Source: Candidatus Parachristensenella avicola (GTDB taxonomy: Bacteria > Bacillota > Clostridia > Christensenellales > UMGS416). From it: 64,000 nt of DNA. The position numbers and the translations under genes were made by a program. Location of the stretch: contig CAJFUN010000016.1 of the NCBI GenBank assembly GCA_904420205.1, forward strand, positions 12,395 through 76,394. Direction: 5' to 3'. Under the pieces are notes generated by a model that saw only the letters and a list, made by a program, of their open reading frames with translations, did no database searches and was not told where the DNA came from. Numbering within the stretch: the first letter of the stretch is position 1; the number at the start of each line of letters is the position of its first letter. Below are positions 25,423 to 33,346 of this stretch, one piece after another.

Positions 25423-25992
25423 ATGAAAAAGCTGATTCTCGTAACCTCCCCGCCGGCCTGCGGAAAGACTTATGTATCGAAAGAGCTCTCCAAGGCGCTG
25501 GGCCATGTGGTATACTTGGATAAGGATACGCTCATCCCCCTATCCAAGCAGATCTTCAAGGTAGCCGGCCAGGAATATAACCGCAGCTCGGACTTTTTTG
25601 AGCAGAATATCCGCAACTATGAATACGACGTCATCGTGGATCTCGCCCTGGAGGCGCTGGATTACGACGATCTCGTGCTCATCAATGCACCTTTTACCCG
25701 GGAAATTCGGGACATGGCCTACATGAACGGGTTGCGCCGCCGTCTGGCCGCCAAGGGAGCCGAGCTAAAAGTCATCTGGGTGGAGACGGATATTGAGGTA
25801 TGCCATCGCCGCATGCAGGAGCGAAACTCCTCCCGCGATACCTGGAAGCTGGCTCATTGGGATGAATACATAGCCGGGCGCAACTTTAATCCGCCCACCG
25901 ACATCGCCGAGCTTGTCATCTTCAAAAATTCCTCCGATGAGGAATTCGCCGCCTCCATCCGCGACACGGTAAAGCTGCTGCGGGAGGGCTGA
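25423..25992 (+). CDS. P-loop kinase-like ATPase (AAA_33 / zeta-toxin / polynucleotide-kinase-like fold)
   Basis: 189 aa. Walker A SPPACGKTY, an LDKD acceptor-activating Asp region, and an Arg-rich lid HRRMQERNSSRD. Start trimmed from 25243 to ATG 25423. Confidence 0.7.
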   Translation: MKKLILVTSPPACGKTYVSKELSKALGHVVYLDKDTLIPLSKQIFKVAGQEYNRSSDFFEQNIRNYEYDVIVDLALEALDYDDLVLINAPFTREIRDMAYMNGLRRRLAAKGAELKVIWVETDIEVCHRRMQERNSSRDTWKLAHWDEYIAGRNFNPPTDIAELVIFKNSSDEEFAASIRDTVKLLREG

Positions 25993-26069
25993 GCGGCCCG
26001 CGTTGGTATACGCCGGCTTGGGCGCCATAGGGGCGGAGCGGGAACTTACGACTGCGAAGGAGGAAGCCT

Positions 26070-26813
26070 ATGCAGGAAAACCGACGGATCGCCGTGCTGA
26101 TCGATGCAGACAACGTATCTCCCAAATATATCCGCCACATTCTTGATGAAATTGCCGCCCATGGCACGCCGACCTACAAACGAATTTATGGCGACTGGAC
26201 GAAACCGCAGATGTCCGAGTGGAAAAAGGTGCTGCTGGAGTATTCGGTTACGCCGATCCAGCAATACAGCTATACCACCGGCAAAAACGCCACCGATTCC
26301 AGCTTGATCATCGACGCCATGGACATTCTCTATTCAGGGAATGTAGAAGGCTTTTGCATCGTCTCCAGCGACAGCGACTTTACCCGCCTAGCCGCCCGCC
26401 TTCGGGAATCAGGCCAATATGTGCTGGGTATGGGCGAAAAAAAGACGCCTCGCCCCTTTGTTGTCGCCTGTGAAAAGTTTAAATATTTAGAAACGCTGAT
26501 GGGCGCTCCGGTGGAACCTGTGATCCAATCCGCTCCGGATAAGGCGCCTGCGCCTCAGGTCACGGCCAAGGCTCGCGCCGAGCTCATCGAGGCGATTCGC
26601 ACCATCGTCACCGAAACCAGCGACGAGGACGGTTGGGCTTATCTGGCCAACGTAGGCACGCTGCTCAGCCGGCGGCAGCCGGATTTCGACTCCCGCAACT
26701 ACGGCTTTACCAAGCTTACGCCCCTGGTGCAGTCGCTGGGCGCCTTTGAGTTTGAATCCCGGGATACTGGCATATCCAACGTGAAGCATAATTATATCCG
26801 TAATCGCGATTAG
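26070..26813 (+). CDS. NYN-domain (PIN-like RNase fold) protein with C-terminal OST-HTH/LOTUS domain
   Basis: IAVLIDADNV..YGDW.., the acidic cluster VSSDSDFT, and a C-terminal ..DGWAYLANVGTLLSRRQPDFDSRNYGFTKL.. LOTUS-like segment. Confidence 0.75.
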   Translation: MQENRRIAVLIDADNVSPKYIRHILDEIAAHGTPTYKRIYGDWTKPQMSEWKKVLLEYSVTPIQQYSYTTGKNATDSSLIIDAMDILYSGNVEGFCIVSSDSDFTRLAARLRESGQYVLGMGEKKTPRPFVVACEKFKYLETLMGAPVEPVIQSAPDKAPAPQVTAKARAELIEAIRTIVTETSDEDGWAYLANVGTLLSRRQPDFDSRNYGFTKLTPLVQSLGAFEFESRDTGISNVKHNYIRNRD

Positions 26814-26826
26814 CATGTGCCTCATC

Positions 26827-26855
26827 GGGGCGGCAGCCGGTCTGCCGCCCTTTTT
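26827..26855 (+). terminator. Intrinsic terminator after the NYN gene
   Basis: GGGGCGGCAG-ccggt-CTGCCGCCCTTTTT. Confidence 0.8.
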
Positions 26856-26900
26856 GTCGTTTTCCGCCGGAGAAATTTGTCGATTCAGCGCAGAAACCGA

Positions 26901-26928
26901 TTGACAAACAGGGGAATTAAAATATAAT
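26901..26928 (+). promoter_or_regulatory. Consensus promoter of the nucleobase permease leader
   Basis: TTGACA-16 nt-TATAAT. Confidence 0.65.
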
Positions 26929-27024
26929 AGAAGAGGTGTAAGAAACTTTAATTCGGTGCTGTGACGCCGGCAAGTGGAGTATAGCTATTTCTGCGCTGTC
27001 TCGGTGGAAGAAGCGGATATTTTG

Positions 27025-27052
27025 TCTTGCCGCAAGGGCAAGGCTTTTTTTT
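27025..27052 (+). terminator. Leader terminator (attenuator) upstream of the permease
   Basis: TCTTGCC-gcaag-GGCAAGGC followed by T8. The upstream CGCCGGCAAG (26974-83) can pair with the 5' arm as an antiterminator. Confidence 0.65.
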
Positions 27053-27108
27053 GCCCGGACGGAAGCGCACGGAATGAATGAAATGGAAAACAAGGGGGAG
27101 GTATTCGC

Positions 27109-28479
27109 TTGAAACTCATCTACGACGTAAAAGACAGGCCCAAGTTCGGGCCGCTGGTGGTTTATGCCATCCAGCAGCTGCTGGCCATCATGGCCGCTAC
27201 CTTGGTTGTCCCGGTCATCACCGGACACGGCATGAGCTCCGCCGCAGCGCTTTTCGGCGCCGGCATGGGCACGCTGGTGTATGTGCTCTTTACCAAGGGC
27301 CGCAGCCCGGTATTCCTTGGATCTTCCTTCGCCTTCCTTGGCTCCATGGCGGCCGCTTTTGCCGGCGGTGTTTCCATGCAGCTGGGCTACTTGGGGCTCA
27401 TCATCGGCGCGACGTTCGCCGGCCTGGTGTATGTGGTCATCGCTACCATCGTCAAGCTGGTAGGCGTCAAGTGGATCAACAAAATCATGCCCGCCGTGGT
27501 CATTGGCCCGACGGTGGCCATCATCGGCCTTTCCCTGGCCGGTAACGCCATCGGAGACTTGACCAAGGGCAGTGTGGTGATCAACGAGGTCGCGGTTGCT
27601 TCTCCCCTGCTGGCCATCTTCTGCGGGCTGGTCACGCTGGCCGTCACCATGCTCTGCTCCACCTATGGCAGCAAGTCTCTCCGCCTGATCCCCTTCATCG
27701 TAGGCATTCTGGCCGGCTACGCCGTAGCCCTGGTCCTCACCTTGATCGGCAACGCTGCCAATGTGGACGCCATGAAGATCATCAACCTGAGCGCCTTTGA
27801 TATCCTCTTTGAGAACGGCTCGCTCTCCCTGGTCAAGATGCCGGATTTCACCTTCCTGACGGCTTTCGGCGGCTTCTCCGAGCTTAATGGCAGTTACCTG
27901 GCTTCCATTGCCGTCGCCTATATTCCCGTGGCTTTCGTGGTGTTTGCCGAGCATATCGCCGATCATAAGAATATCTCCTCCATCATCGGCAAGGATCTGC
28001 TGGAAGATCCGGGTCTTTCCCGTACCCTGTTGGGCGACGGCGTGGGATCCATCGTGGGCGCCTTCTTCGGCGGCTGCCCCAATACCACTTATGGCGAGTC
28101 GGTGGCCTGTGTAGCCATCACCCGTAATGCCTCGGTGGCGACCATTATTGGCGCTGCTGTCGGTGCCATTCTGATTTCCTTTATCAATCCTTTCGTCGCT
28201 TTTGTTAATTCCATCCCCTCCTGCGTGATGGGCGGCGTGTGCATGGCCCTGTACGGCTTCATTGCGGTTAGCGGCCTGAAGATGATTCAGCAGGTCGACC
28301 TGGAGAAGAACAAAAACCTCTTCGTCGTCTCTACCATCCTCATCGCCGGTATTGGCGGCCTGCAGGTGACCATCGGCGCCGTTACCCTCACCACCATTGC
28401 CTGCGCGCTGATCCTGGGCATCCTGGCCAACATCATGCTGGCCAAGGGTGAAGATCACGATACTGAGGATGAGGAATAA
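27109..28479 (+). CDS. NCS2 family nucleobase:cation symporter (uracil/xanthine permease type)
   Basis: 456 aa. ..AIQQLLAIMAATLVVPVITG.. and the overall NCS2 layout. The TTG start is 7 nt after GGGGGAGG. Confidence 0.85.
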   Translation: MKLIYDVKDRPKFGPLVVYAIQQLLAIMAATLVVPVITGHGMSSAAALFGAGMGTLVYVLFTKGRSPVFLGSSFAFLGSMAAAFAGGVSMQLGYLGLIIGATFAGLVYVVIATIVKLVGVKWINKIMPAVVIGPTVAIIGLSLAGNAIGDLTKGSVVINEVAVASPLLAIFCGLVTLAVTMLCSTYGSKSLRLIPFIVGILAGYAVALVLTLIGNAANVDAMKIINLSAFDILFENGSLSLVKMPDFTFLTAFGGFSELNGSYLASIAVAYIPVAFVVFAEHIADHKNISSIIGKDLLEDPGLSRTLLGDGVGSIVGAFFGGCPNTTYGESVACVAITRNASVATIIGAAVGAILISFINPFVAFVNSIPSCVMGGVCMALYGFIAVSGLKMIQQVDLEKNKNLFVVSTILIAGIGGLQVTIGAVTLTTIACALILGILANIMLAKGEDHDTEDEE

Positions 28480-28505
28480 TCCCTCCCTATCCTCAGCAAG
28501 CCTTT

Positions 28506-28537
28506 AAAAAGGAAGCCGCTACCCGGCTTCCTTTTTT
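28506..28537. terminator. Bidirectional terminator between the convergent permease and GH2 genes
   Basis: AAAAAGGAAGCCG-ctacc-CGGCTTCCTTTTTT. Confidence 0.8.
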
Positions 28538-28607
28538 GTGTCTTTCCCCAAAAAGCCAATACGCCATGCCCTACATGGCATGGCGTATATTTAAATCAGG
28601 CCAGCGC

Positions 28608-30380
28608 TTATCGCTCGATAGCCGCCGTTTTTTCGTTAATAGCGCGGATCACCGCCGGATCGAACTTGGGCTTGCGATCATAGGTATACAAGCCGTTAAC
28701 CTCCTGCTCCACATCGGTCAGCTGCGTATAGCAGAAGGCGCAGATCGCCGGGTTATCCAATAGCGCATGGGTAAGGCCCCGGTAGCGAGCAATGAACGCT
28801 TCCTCGCTCTTGGGCGCTTCGCCATAGCCCCATCCGGCGCTGTCCTCAGGGGCCCAGCGGATGCCGCCATATTCAGAGACAAAATAGGGCTGATCCTTGC
28901 TCTCCGGGCCGGGCTGGTACTGAGGAAAGGTCACATAGGCCTCGCCGCCCTCAGCCATGGCCGCAAAATACCCCTTAAAGGTCTCCGGATCCTGGCAGTA
29001 GTCATGGATATCATAAATATCCGTCTTGACATGGAACCCACCGGAGGTATCGATCACCGGTCTTGTAGGATCCAGCGCTTTGGTCACTTCGTAGGTCAGG
29101 AGCAAATTCCGCGCGCCCATGGCATGCGCGCCCGTGCGGTCCCAGGTTTCATTATAGGGGCACCAACCCACCAGCGCCGGGTGGTTGATATCGCGCCGCA
29201 CAGCCTCCACCCACTCGGGAAGGAAGGATAGCGCCGCCTGGGGATGGCAGTAGTCCAGCACCCAGCTGGCCTGCTCGCCCCATACAAGGTAACCTAGCTT
29301 ATCGGCCCAGTATAAAAAGCGGGGCTCAAAGATTTTCTGATGCAGCCGCGCCCCGTTAAAGCCCATGGCCATGGAGCGCTCAATATCTGCTTTCAACTCG
29401 CCGTCGTTGGGCGCCGTATAGATGCCGTCAGGATAGAATCCCTGGTCCAGGATAAGCCGCTGGAAGAGCGGTTTACCGTTCAGGGTCATCACGCCCTTGC
29501 CCCAGCCCACGGAGCGCATGCCGAAATAGCTGTCAAAGCGGTCTGAAACCACGCCGTCCTTTTCCAACGATACCTCCAGGTCATACAGGCGTCCCGCGCC
29601 CGCCTCCCAAAGCATCACCTCATGAAGGGGCAACACGCCCTTGGCAACAGGCCCCTGGAAGGGGATGACCGCCTCCCCCATGGGCTTCCCTTCATAGGAA
29701 GCTTTCAGCACCAGCCGCGCGCCGCCTAAAGCGCAGCTTGCCTCGGCCTCCACGGCCAGGCATCCTTGCGCAAGATCAGGCGTCAGCTTCATGCCCTTAA
29801 CATACAGCGCTTCCACCGGCTCCAACCACACGCTCTGCCAAATGCCCGTGGTGCGGGTATAGGAGCAATCGTGGGAAAAGAAACGATCGCTCTGCTTGCC
29901 CGCCGGCTGCAGGCGGCTGCGCACATCGTCCTCCGCGCAGAGGGTGATCACGTTCTCCCCGGGGCGGAGGGCATCGGAAATATCCAGGGTAAAGCCGATA
30001 TATCCGCCGCGATGCCCGCCGATCAGGGTATCGTTCACATAGACAAATGCCTCGTAATCCACCGCGTCAAAATGGGCCAGCACCCGCTTCCCCTGCCAGC
30101 TTTCCGGCAGGACGAATTGCTTTTGATACCATACTGCCGCCATGAAGTCCGTATATCCCAAGCCGGAGAGGGCGCTCTCCGGGCAGAAGGGCACCTGGAT
30201 CTCATCGGCAAAATCGCGCCGCCGCTCAAAGTGCCGCTCACGTCCGCTGGCACCCGGGTCCCGCTCAAAGCGCCAAGCGCCGTTCAGGCAAAGCCATTCG
30301 TCCCGTACGCATTCGGGCCGGGGATATTCGCCGCGGGGCAGCGCGGCCGTCATTGCCGCCATCTTTTTGTCAAGCTTCAT
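28608..30380 (-). CDS. Glycoside hydrolase family 2 protein (beta-galactosidase/beta-glucuronidase-like)
   Basis: 590 aa. N-terminal sugar-binding domain (..WxF...P..WQGKRVLAHFDAVDYEAFVYVNDTLIGGHRGGY..) and a TIM-barrel region (..NGARLHQ.. / WGEQ). Confidence 0.8.
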   Translation of the reverse strand: MKLDKKMAAMTAALPRGEYPRPECVRDEWLCLNGAWRFERDPGASGRERHFERRRDFADEIQVPFCPESALSGLGYTDFMAAVWYQKQFVLPESWQGKRVLAHFDAVDYEAFVYVNDTLIGGHRGGYIGFTLDISDALRPGENVITLCAEDDVRSRLQPAGKQSDRFFSHDCSYTRTTGIWQSVWLEPVEALYVKGMKLTPDLAQGCLAVEAEASCALGGARLVLKASYEGKPMGEAVIPFQGPVAKGVLPLHEVMLWEAGAGRLYDLEVSLEKDGVVSDRFDSYFGMRSVGWGKGVMTLNGKPLFQRLILDQGFYPDGIYTAPNDGELKADIERSMAMGFNGARLHQKIFEPRFLYWADKLGYLVWGEQASWVLDYCHPQAALSFLPEWVEAVRRDINHPALVGWCPYNETWDRTGAHAMGARNLLLTYEVTKALDPTRPVIDTSGGFHVKTDIYDIHDYCQDPETFKGYFAAMAEGGEAYVTFPQYQPGPESKDQPYFVSEYGGIRWAPEDSAGWGYGEAPKSEEAFIARYRGLTHALLDNPAICAFCYTQLTDVEQEVNGLYTYDRKPKFDPAVIRAINEKTAAIER

Positions 30381-30545
30381 GTTTCCGCCTCTTTTCTGTT
30401 GTTTTCGATCGGCGGGCTCGCCGCGCCGCAGGGCGCGGAGCCCGCTTTTCGTTGGGTCAAATTTTACTTTTTACAGGATTATTTGATTGTTCGCGGCTGT
30501 AAGCTGTGGTATGCTATTTTTATCCATACTGCAAGGAGTCACGCA

Positions 30546-31550
30546 ATGAAAGCAGTGCTAATCGGCAGCGCCCGCGAAATCGCCGCCGTCTATCCTCCTC
30601 CGATTGTAACCCAACTCGCCGGGCTTGTCGAGCTCTATGAGCATCCGATTGAAAAAAAGGATCTGGATGCCTGCCAGGCGGTATTATCCCAGGCTGAAGT
30701 CGCCTTCTCCACCTGGGGGATGCTGCCGCTGTCAGAGGCGGAAATTGCCCGGTACCTGCCCCGCCTTAAGCGCATATTCTATGCGGCCGGGTCGGTGCAG
30801 TATTTTGCCCGTCCTTTCCTGCGCCGCGGCGTCGGCGTCTCCTCCGCCTGGGCGGCCAACGCGATCCCCGTGATCGAATATACCGTCAGCCTGATCCTGC
30901 TGGGGCTTAAGGGCTTTTTCCCCGCCATGGCCCTGGCGGAAGCGGGACGCTGGAGCGATGGCCACACGCTGTCCGACCGTCATGCCAACATCTACGCAGC
31001 TAGGGTCGGCATATTGGGCGCCGGCATGATCGGCTCCGGCGTGCTGCGCGAACTGGCCCGGCATGATCTGGAGCGCTGGGTATACGATCCCTACCTTTCT
31101 CCGGAGCGTGCGCAGCAGCTCGGCGCCCATAAGGTGGATTCGCTGACCGAACTTTTCGCCTCATGCCATGTGGTCAGCAACCATATCGCCAACCTCCCCG
31201 CTACCCGCGGCATGCTTACCTATGAGCATTTCTCCCGCCTTATGCCCAACAGCTGCTTTATCAATTCCGGCCGCAACAGCCAGATCGAGGAGGCCGGCTT
31301 TGTCCGTGCGTTCCGGGAGGATCCCAGCCGCACAGCCGTGCTGGATGTGATCGATCCCAGCGAGCCGCCCACCCCGGATCACCCTTACTATACCCTGCCC
31401 AACGTGCATATGACGCCCCACATCGCCGGGACGCTGGGCAATGAAAAAGTGCGCATGAGCCAGTATATGGTGGAGGAATTCAAGCGGTTTCTGGAGGGCA
31501 AACCCCTTAAATGGGATGTGACGGAAAAAATGCTGGAGACGATGGCCTGA
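30546..31550 (+). CDS. D-isomer-specific 2-hydroxyacid dehydrogenase family protein
   Basis: GILGAGMIGSGV Rossmann motif with R (SGRN), E (DPSEP) and H (PHIAG). The first 260 codons of ORF 29766..31550 are antisense to GH2 and were discarded. AAGGAG lies upstream of ATG 30546. Confidence 0.8.
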   Translation: MKAVLIGSAREIAAVYPPPIVTQLAGLVELYEHPIEKKDLDACQAVLSQAEVAFSTWGMLPLSEAEIARYLPRLKRIFYAAGSVQYFARPFLRRGVGVSSAWAANAIPVIEYTVSLILLGLKGFFPAMALAEAGRWSDGHTLSDRHANIYAARVGILGAGMIGSGVLRELARHDLERWVYDPYLSPERAQQLGAHKVDSLTELFASCHVVSNHIANLPATRGMLTYEHFSRLMPNSCFINSGRNSQIEEAGFVRAFREDPSRTAVLDVIDPSEPPTPDHPYYTLPNVHMTPHIAGTLGNEKVRMSQYMVEEFKRFLEGKPLKWDVTEKMLETMA

Positions 31551-32365
31551 TGCGGTACATACGCCGGGTGGAATTCACCGGGGAGGGGCAGCCGGGGTGG
31601 CCCTTCTCCCTGCCTCTGTTTCAGGGGTTGCGTCAGCTGGAATTCACCCACGATGTTACGGTGCTCGTCGGCGAGAACGGCAGCGGGAAATCCACGTTGC
31701 TGGAATCACTGGCGATCGCCCTGAAGCTTCCCGCCATCGGCCGGGCGGATGCGCACCGCGATGATACGCTGGCTGACCTTGTCCCCCTGGCGCGAACGCT
31801 GCGGCTTATCCGGGAGGCTGGAGCGCCCCGTTCCCGCTTTTTTCTGCGCAGCGAGGATTTCTTCGGTTTTGTGCAATCCATGCTCCAGCGCTCCCGGGAA
31901 CTTCAGGAGGATCTGGCCAGGGTCAAGCGCGAGAACGCCCACCGTTCCGCCTTCGCACAAGGGCAAGCCGCCATGGCCTATGCCGGCTCCCTGGCGGCTA
32001 TGACTGAACGCTATGGCGACGACCTGCTGACCTGCGCCAGCCACGGCGAGAGCTTTCTTCGGCTTTTCCAGTCCCGCATGACGCCCCGAGGCCTGTATCT
32101 CATGGACGAACCTGAGGCGCCGCTCTCACCGGTACGTCAACTTGCCCTGTTAAAGATGATCCGCGACCTAGCCGGGCAGGGGGGCTGCCAATTCATCCTG
32201 GCCACCCATTCGCCCATCCTCATGGCGATCCCCGGCGCACAGCTGCTCGACTGCGACCGATCGCCGCTTGCTCCCGTGCATTACGACGACCTTGAATCCG
32301 TAGCGCTTTTGAAGCAATTCCTAGCCTGCCCCCAGCGGATGATCGATATGATGGACGCCCCTTAA
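31550..32365 (+). CDS. ABC/SMC-like stand-alone ATPase (COG3910-type predicted ATPase)
   Basis: Walker A GENGSGKST, signature-like SHGESF, Walker B LYLMDEPE, and H-loop ATHSP. The start ATG overlaps the previous stop (TGATG). Confidence 0.75.
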   Translation: MRYIRRVEFTGEGQPGWPFSLPLFQGLRQLEFTHDVTVLVGENGSGKSTLLESLAIALKLPAIGRADAHRDDTLADLVPLARTLRLIREAGAPRSRFFLRSEDFFGFVQSMLQRSRELQEDLARVKRENAHRSAFAQGQAAMAYAGSLAAMTERYGDDLLTCASHGESFLRLFQSRMTPRGLYLMDEPEAPLSPVRQLALLKMIRDLAGQGGCQFILATHSPILMAIPGAQLLDCDRSPLAPVHYDDLESVALLKQFLACPQRMIDMMDAP

Positions 32366-32376
32366 TTCGCTTGCCC

Positions 32377-33291
32377 TTAGGCGATGGGCCGGGTGGCCCG
32401 CCAGGCCAGCCCCGAGCTGTAGTGCATGTCGCCCAAGGCTGCGGCCAGGTCGGCCAGGGCCGCGCGGCCGTCCCAGTAATCGCGGGCCAACGCCATCCAT
32501 CGGGCAGCGCAGGTGACAGCCTGCTCCATCAGCTCCGGGACGGACTCGCAACGGGACCGCTCCGGCTCCCAGGGGCTGGACCACTGCTGGCCTTCCTTGT
32601 TCAAAAAGTCCTTCCTCGGCAGCCAGCGCGGCGGGATCAAACCCGTGACCAAGCAGGGGAAGCAAATGACCCGCTCCAGGATCCAAAAAAGGGAAAACTT
32701 CACACCATGGGGGCTGTACAGCAGGCGGCAGATTGCTTTGGCGTCGCGGAAAGCCTGCTCGATGGCCGAAGGGCTGACGGGCTCCGCTGGGAACACCCGG
32801 GCAAGGGCTGCGCTAAGCAGCGCCGCCGCCTGTTCCAACTGAGGTTTATCGGGAAATTGAGCATAGTGCAACGGCGTAGCGCGGCGGCCGTCCTCACGCC
32901 AGGCCCAGCTATCCATCTGCGCTTCCAGGCAGAGGTGGCGCATCCCTTTATACCGTCCCTTCCGGTTAAAGCTATGCGCGTAAACAAAAGGGTGCAGCGT
33001 CGTATCGCAGGCATAGTGGGCGAGAAAGCCCAGTGCATAGCTTTGTGCCGCCTCTCCACCCGTCTTTGCCAGCCGCACCAGTTGGCAGAGGAACCGCCCG
33101 GTGTGCATGCTGTGGATCGTGTCGCCCATGCGGTTCACCGCCTTGTTATGGCGCGGATGCAGCGCCCGGTAAAAGAACAGTGGATCGGGCCCCTGCGCGC
33201 CCAAGATCCAGACGGCTTCCGGCTGCGGCGCGCCGCCGATGCGTGCAAAGGCTTTCCGGGCCACGGCCTCGTGAAAATAGGCTGCCGGCAT
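32377..33291 (-). CDS. Zinc-dependent phospholipase C-like family protein
   Basis: ..LGAQGPDPLFFY.., MGDTIHS and FLAHYACDTTLHPF motifs typical of the bacterial Zn-PLC-like fold. No signal peptide. Confidence 0.6.
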   Translation of the reverse strand: MPAAYFHEAVARKAFARIGGAPQPEAVWILGAQGPDPLFFYRALHPRHNKAVNRMGDTIHSMHTGRFLCQLVRLAKTGGEAAQSYALGFLAHYACDTTLHPFVYAHSFNRKGRYKGMRHLCLEAQMDSWAWREDGRRATPLHYAQFPDKPQLEQAAALLSAALARVFPAEPVSPSAIEQAFRDAKAICRLLYSPHGVKFSLFWILERVICFPCLVTGLIPPRWLPRKDFLNKEGQQWSSPWEPERSRCESVPELMEQAVTCAARWMALARDYWDGRAALADLAAALGDMHYSSGLAWRATRPIA

Positions 33292-33346
33292 ATCTCATTC
33301 CTTCTTTCGCTATGATTTGATCATTTTACCACAATTGGGAGGAAAC

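Noticed and set aside
26935-27052. PyrR binding site or guanine/xanthine aptamer in the NCS2 permease leader
   Set aside because: There is no UCCAGAGAGG-like loop and no purine-riboswitch junction sequence. It is kept only as an unclassified attenuator.
26917-28458. 513-aa minus-strand ORF rich in D/G/H/A
   Set aside because: It lies antisense to the NCS2 permease, which has a clear TM pattern and SD. Its composition is not protein-like.
29766-30545. First 260 codons of the 594-aa ORF 29766..31550
   Set aside because: This part lies antisense to the GH2 gene. The dehydrogenase homology begins at MKAVLIG (ATG 30546), which has its own AAGGAG.
11291-31550. The two 2-hydroxyacid dehydrogenase paralogues as substitutes for the missing LarA
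   Set aside because: They are ordinary NAD-dependent Rossmann-fold enzymes with R/E/H catalytic residues and are unrelated to the LarA fold. There is no basis for the link.
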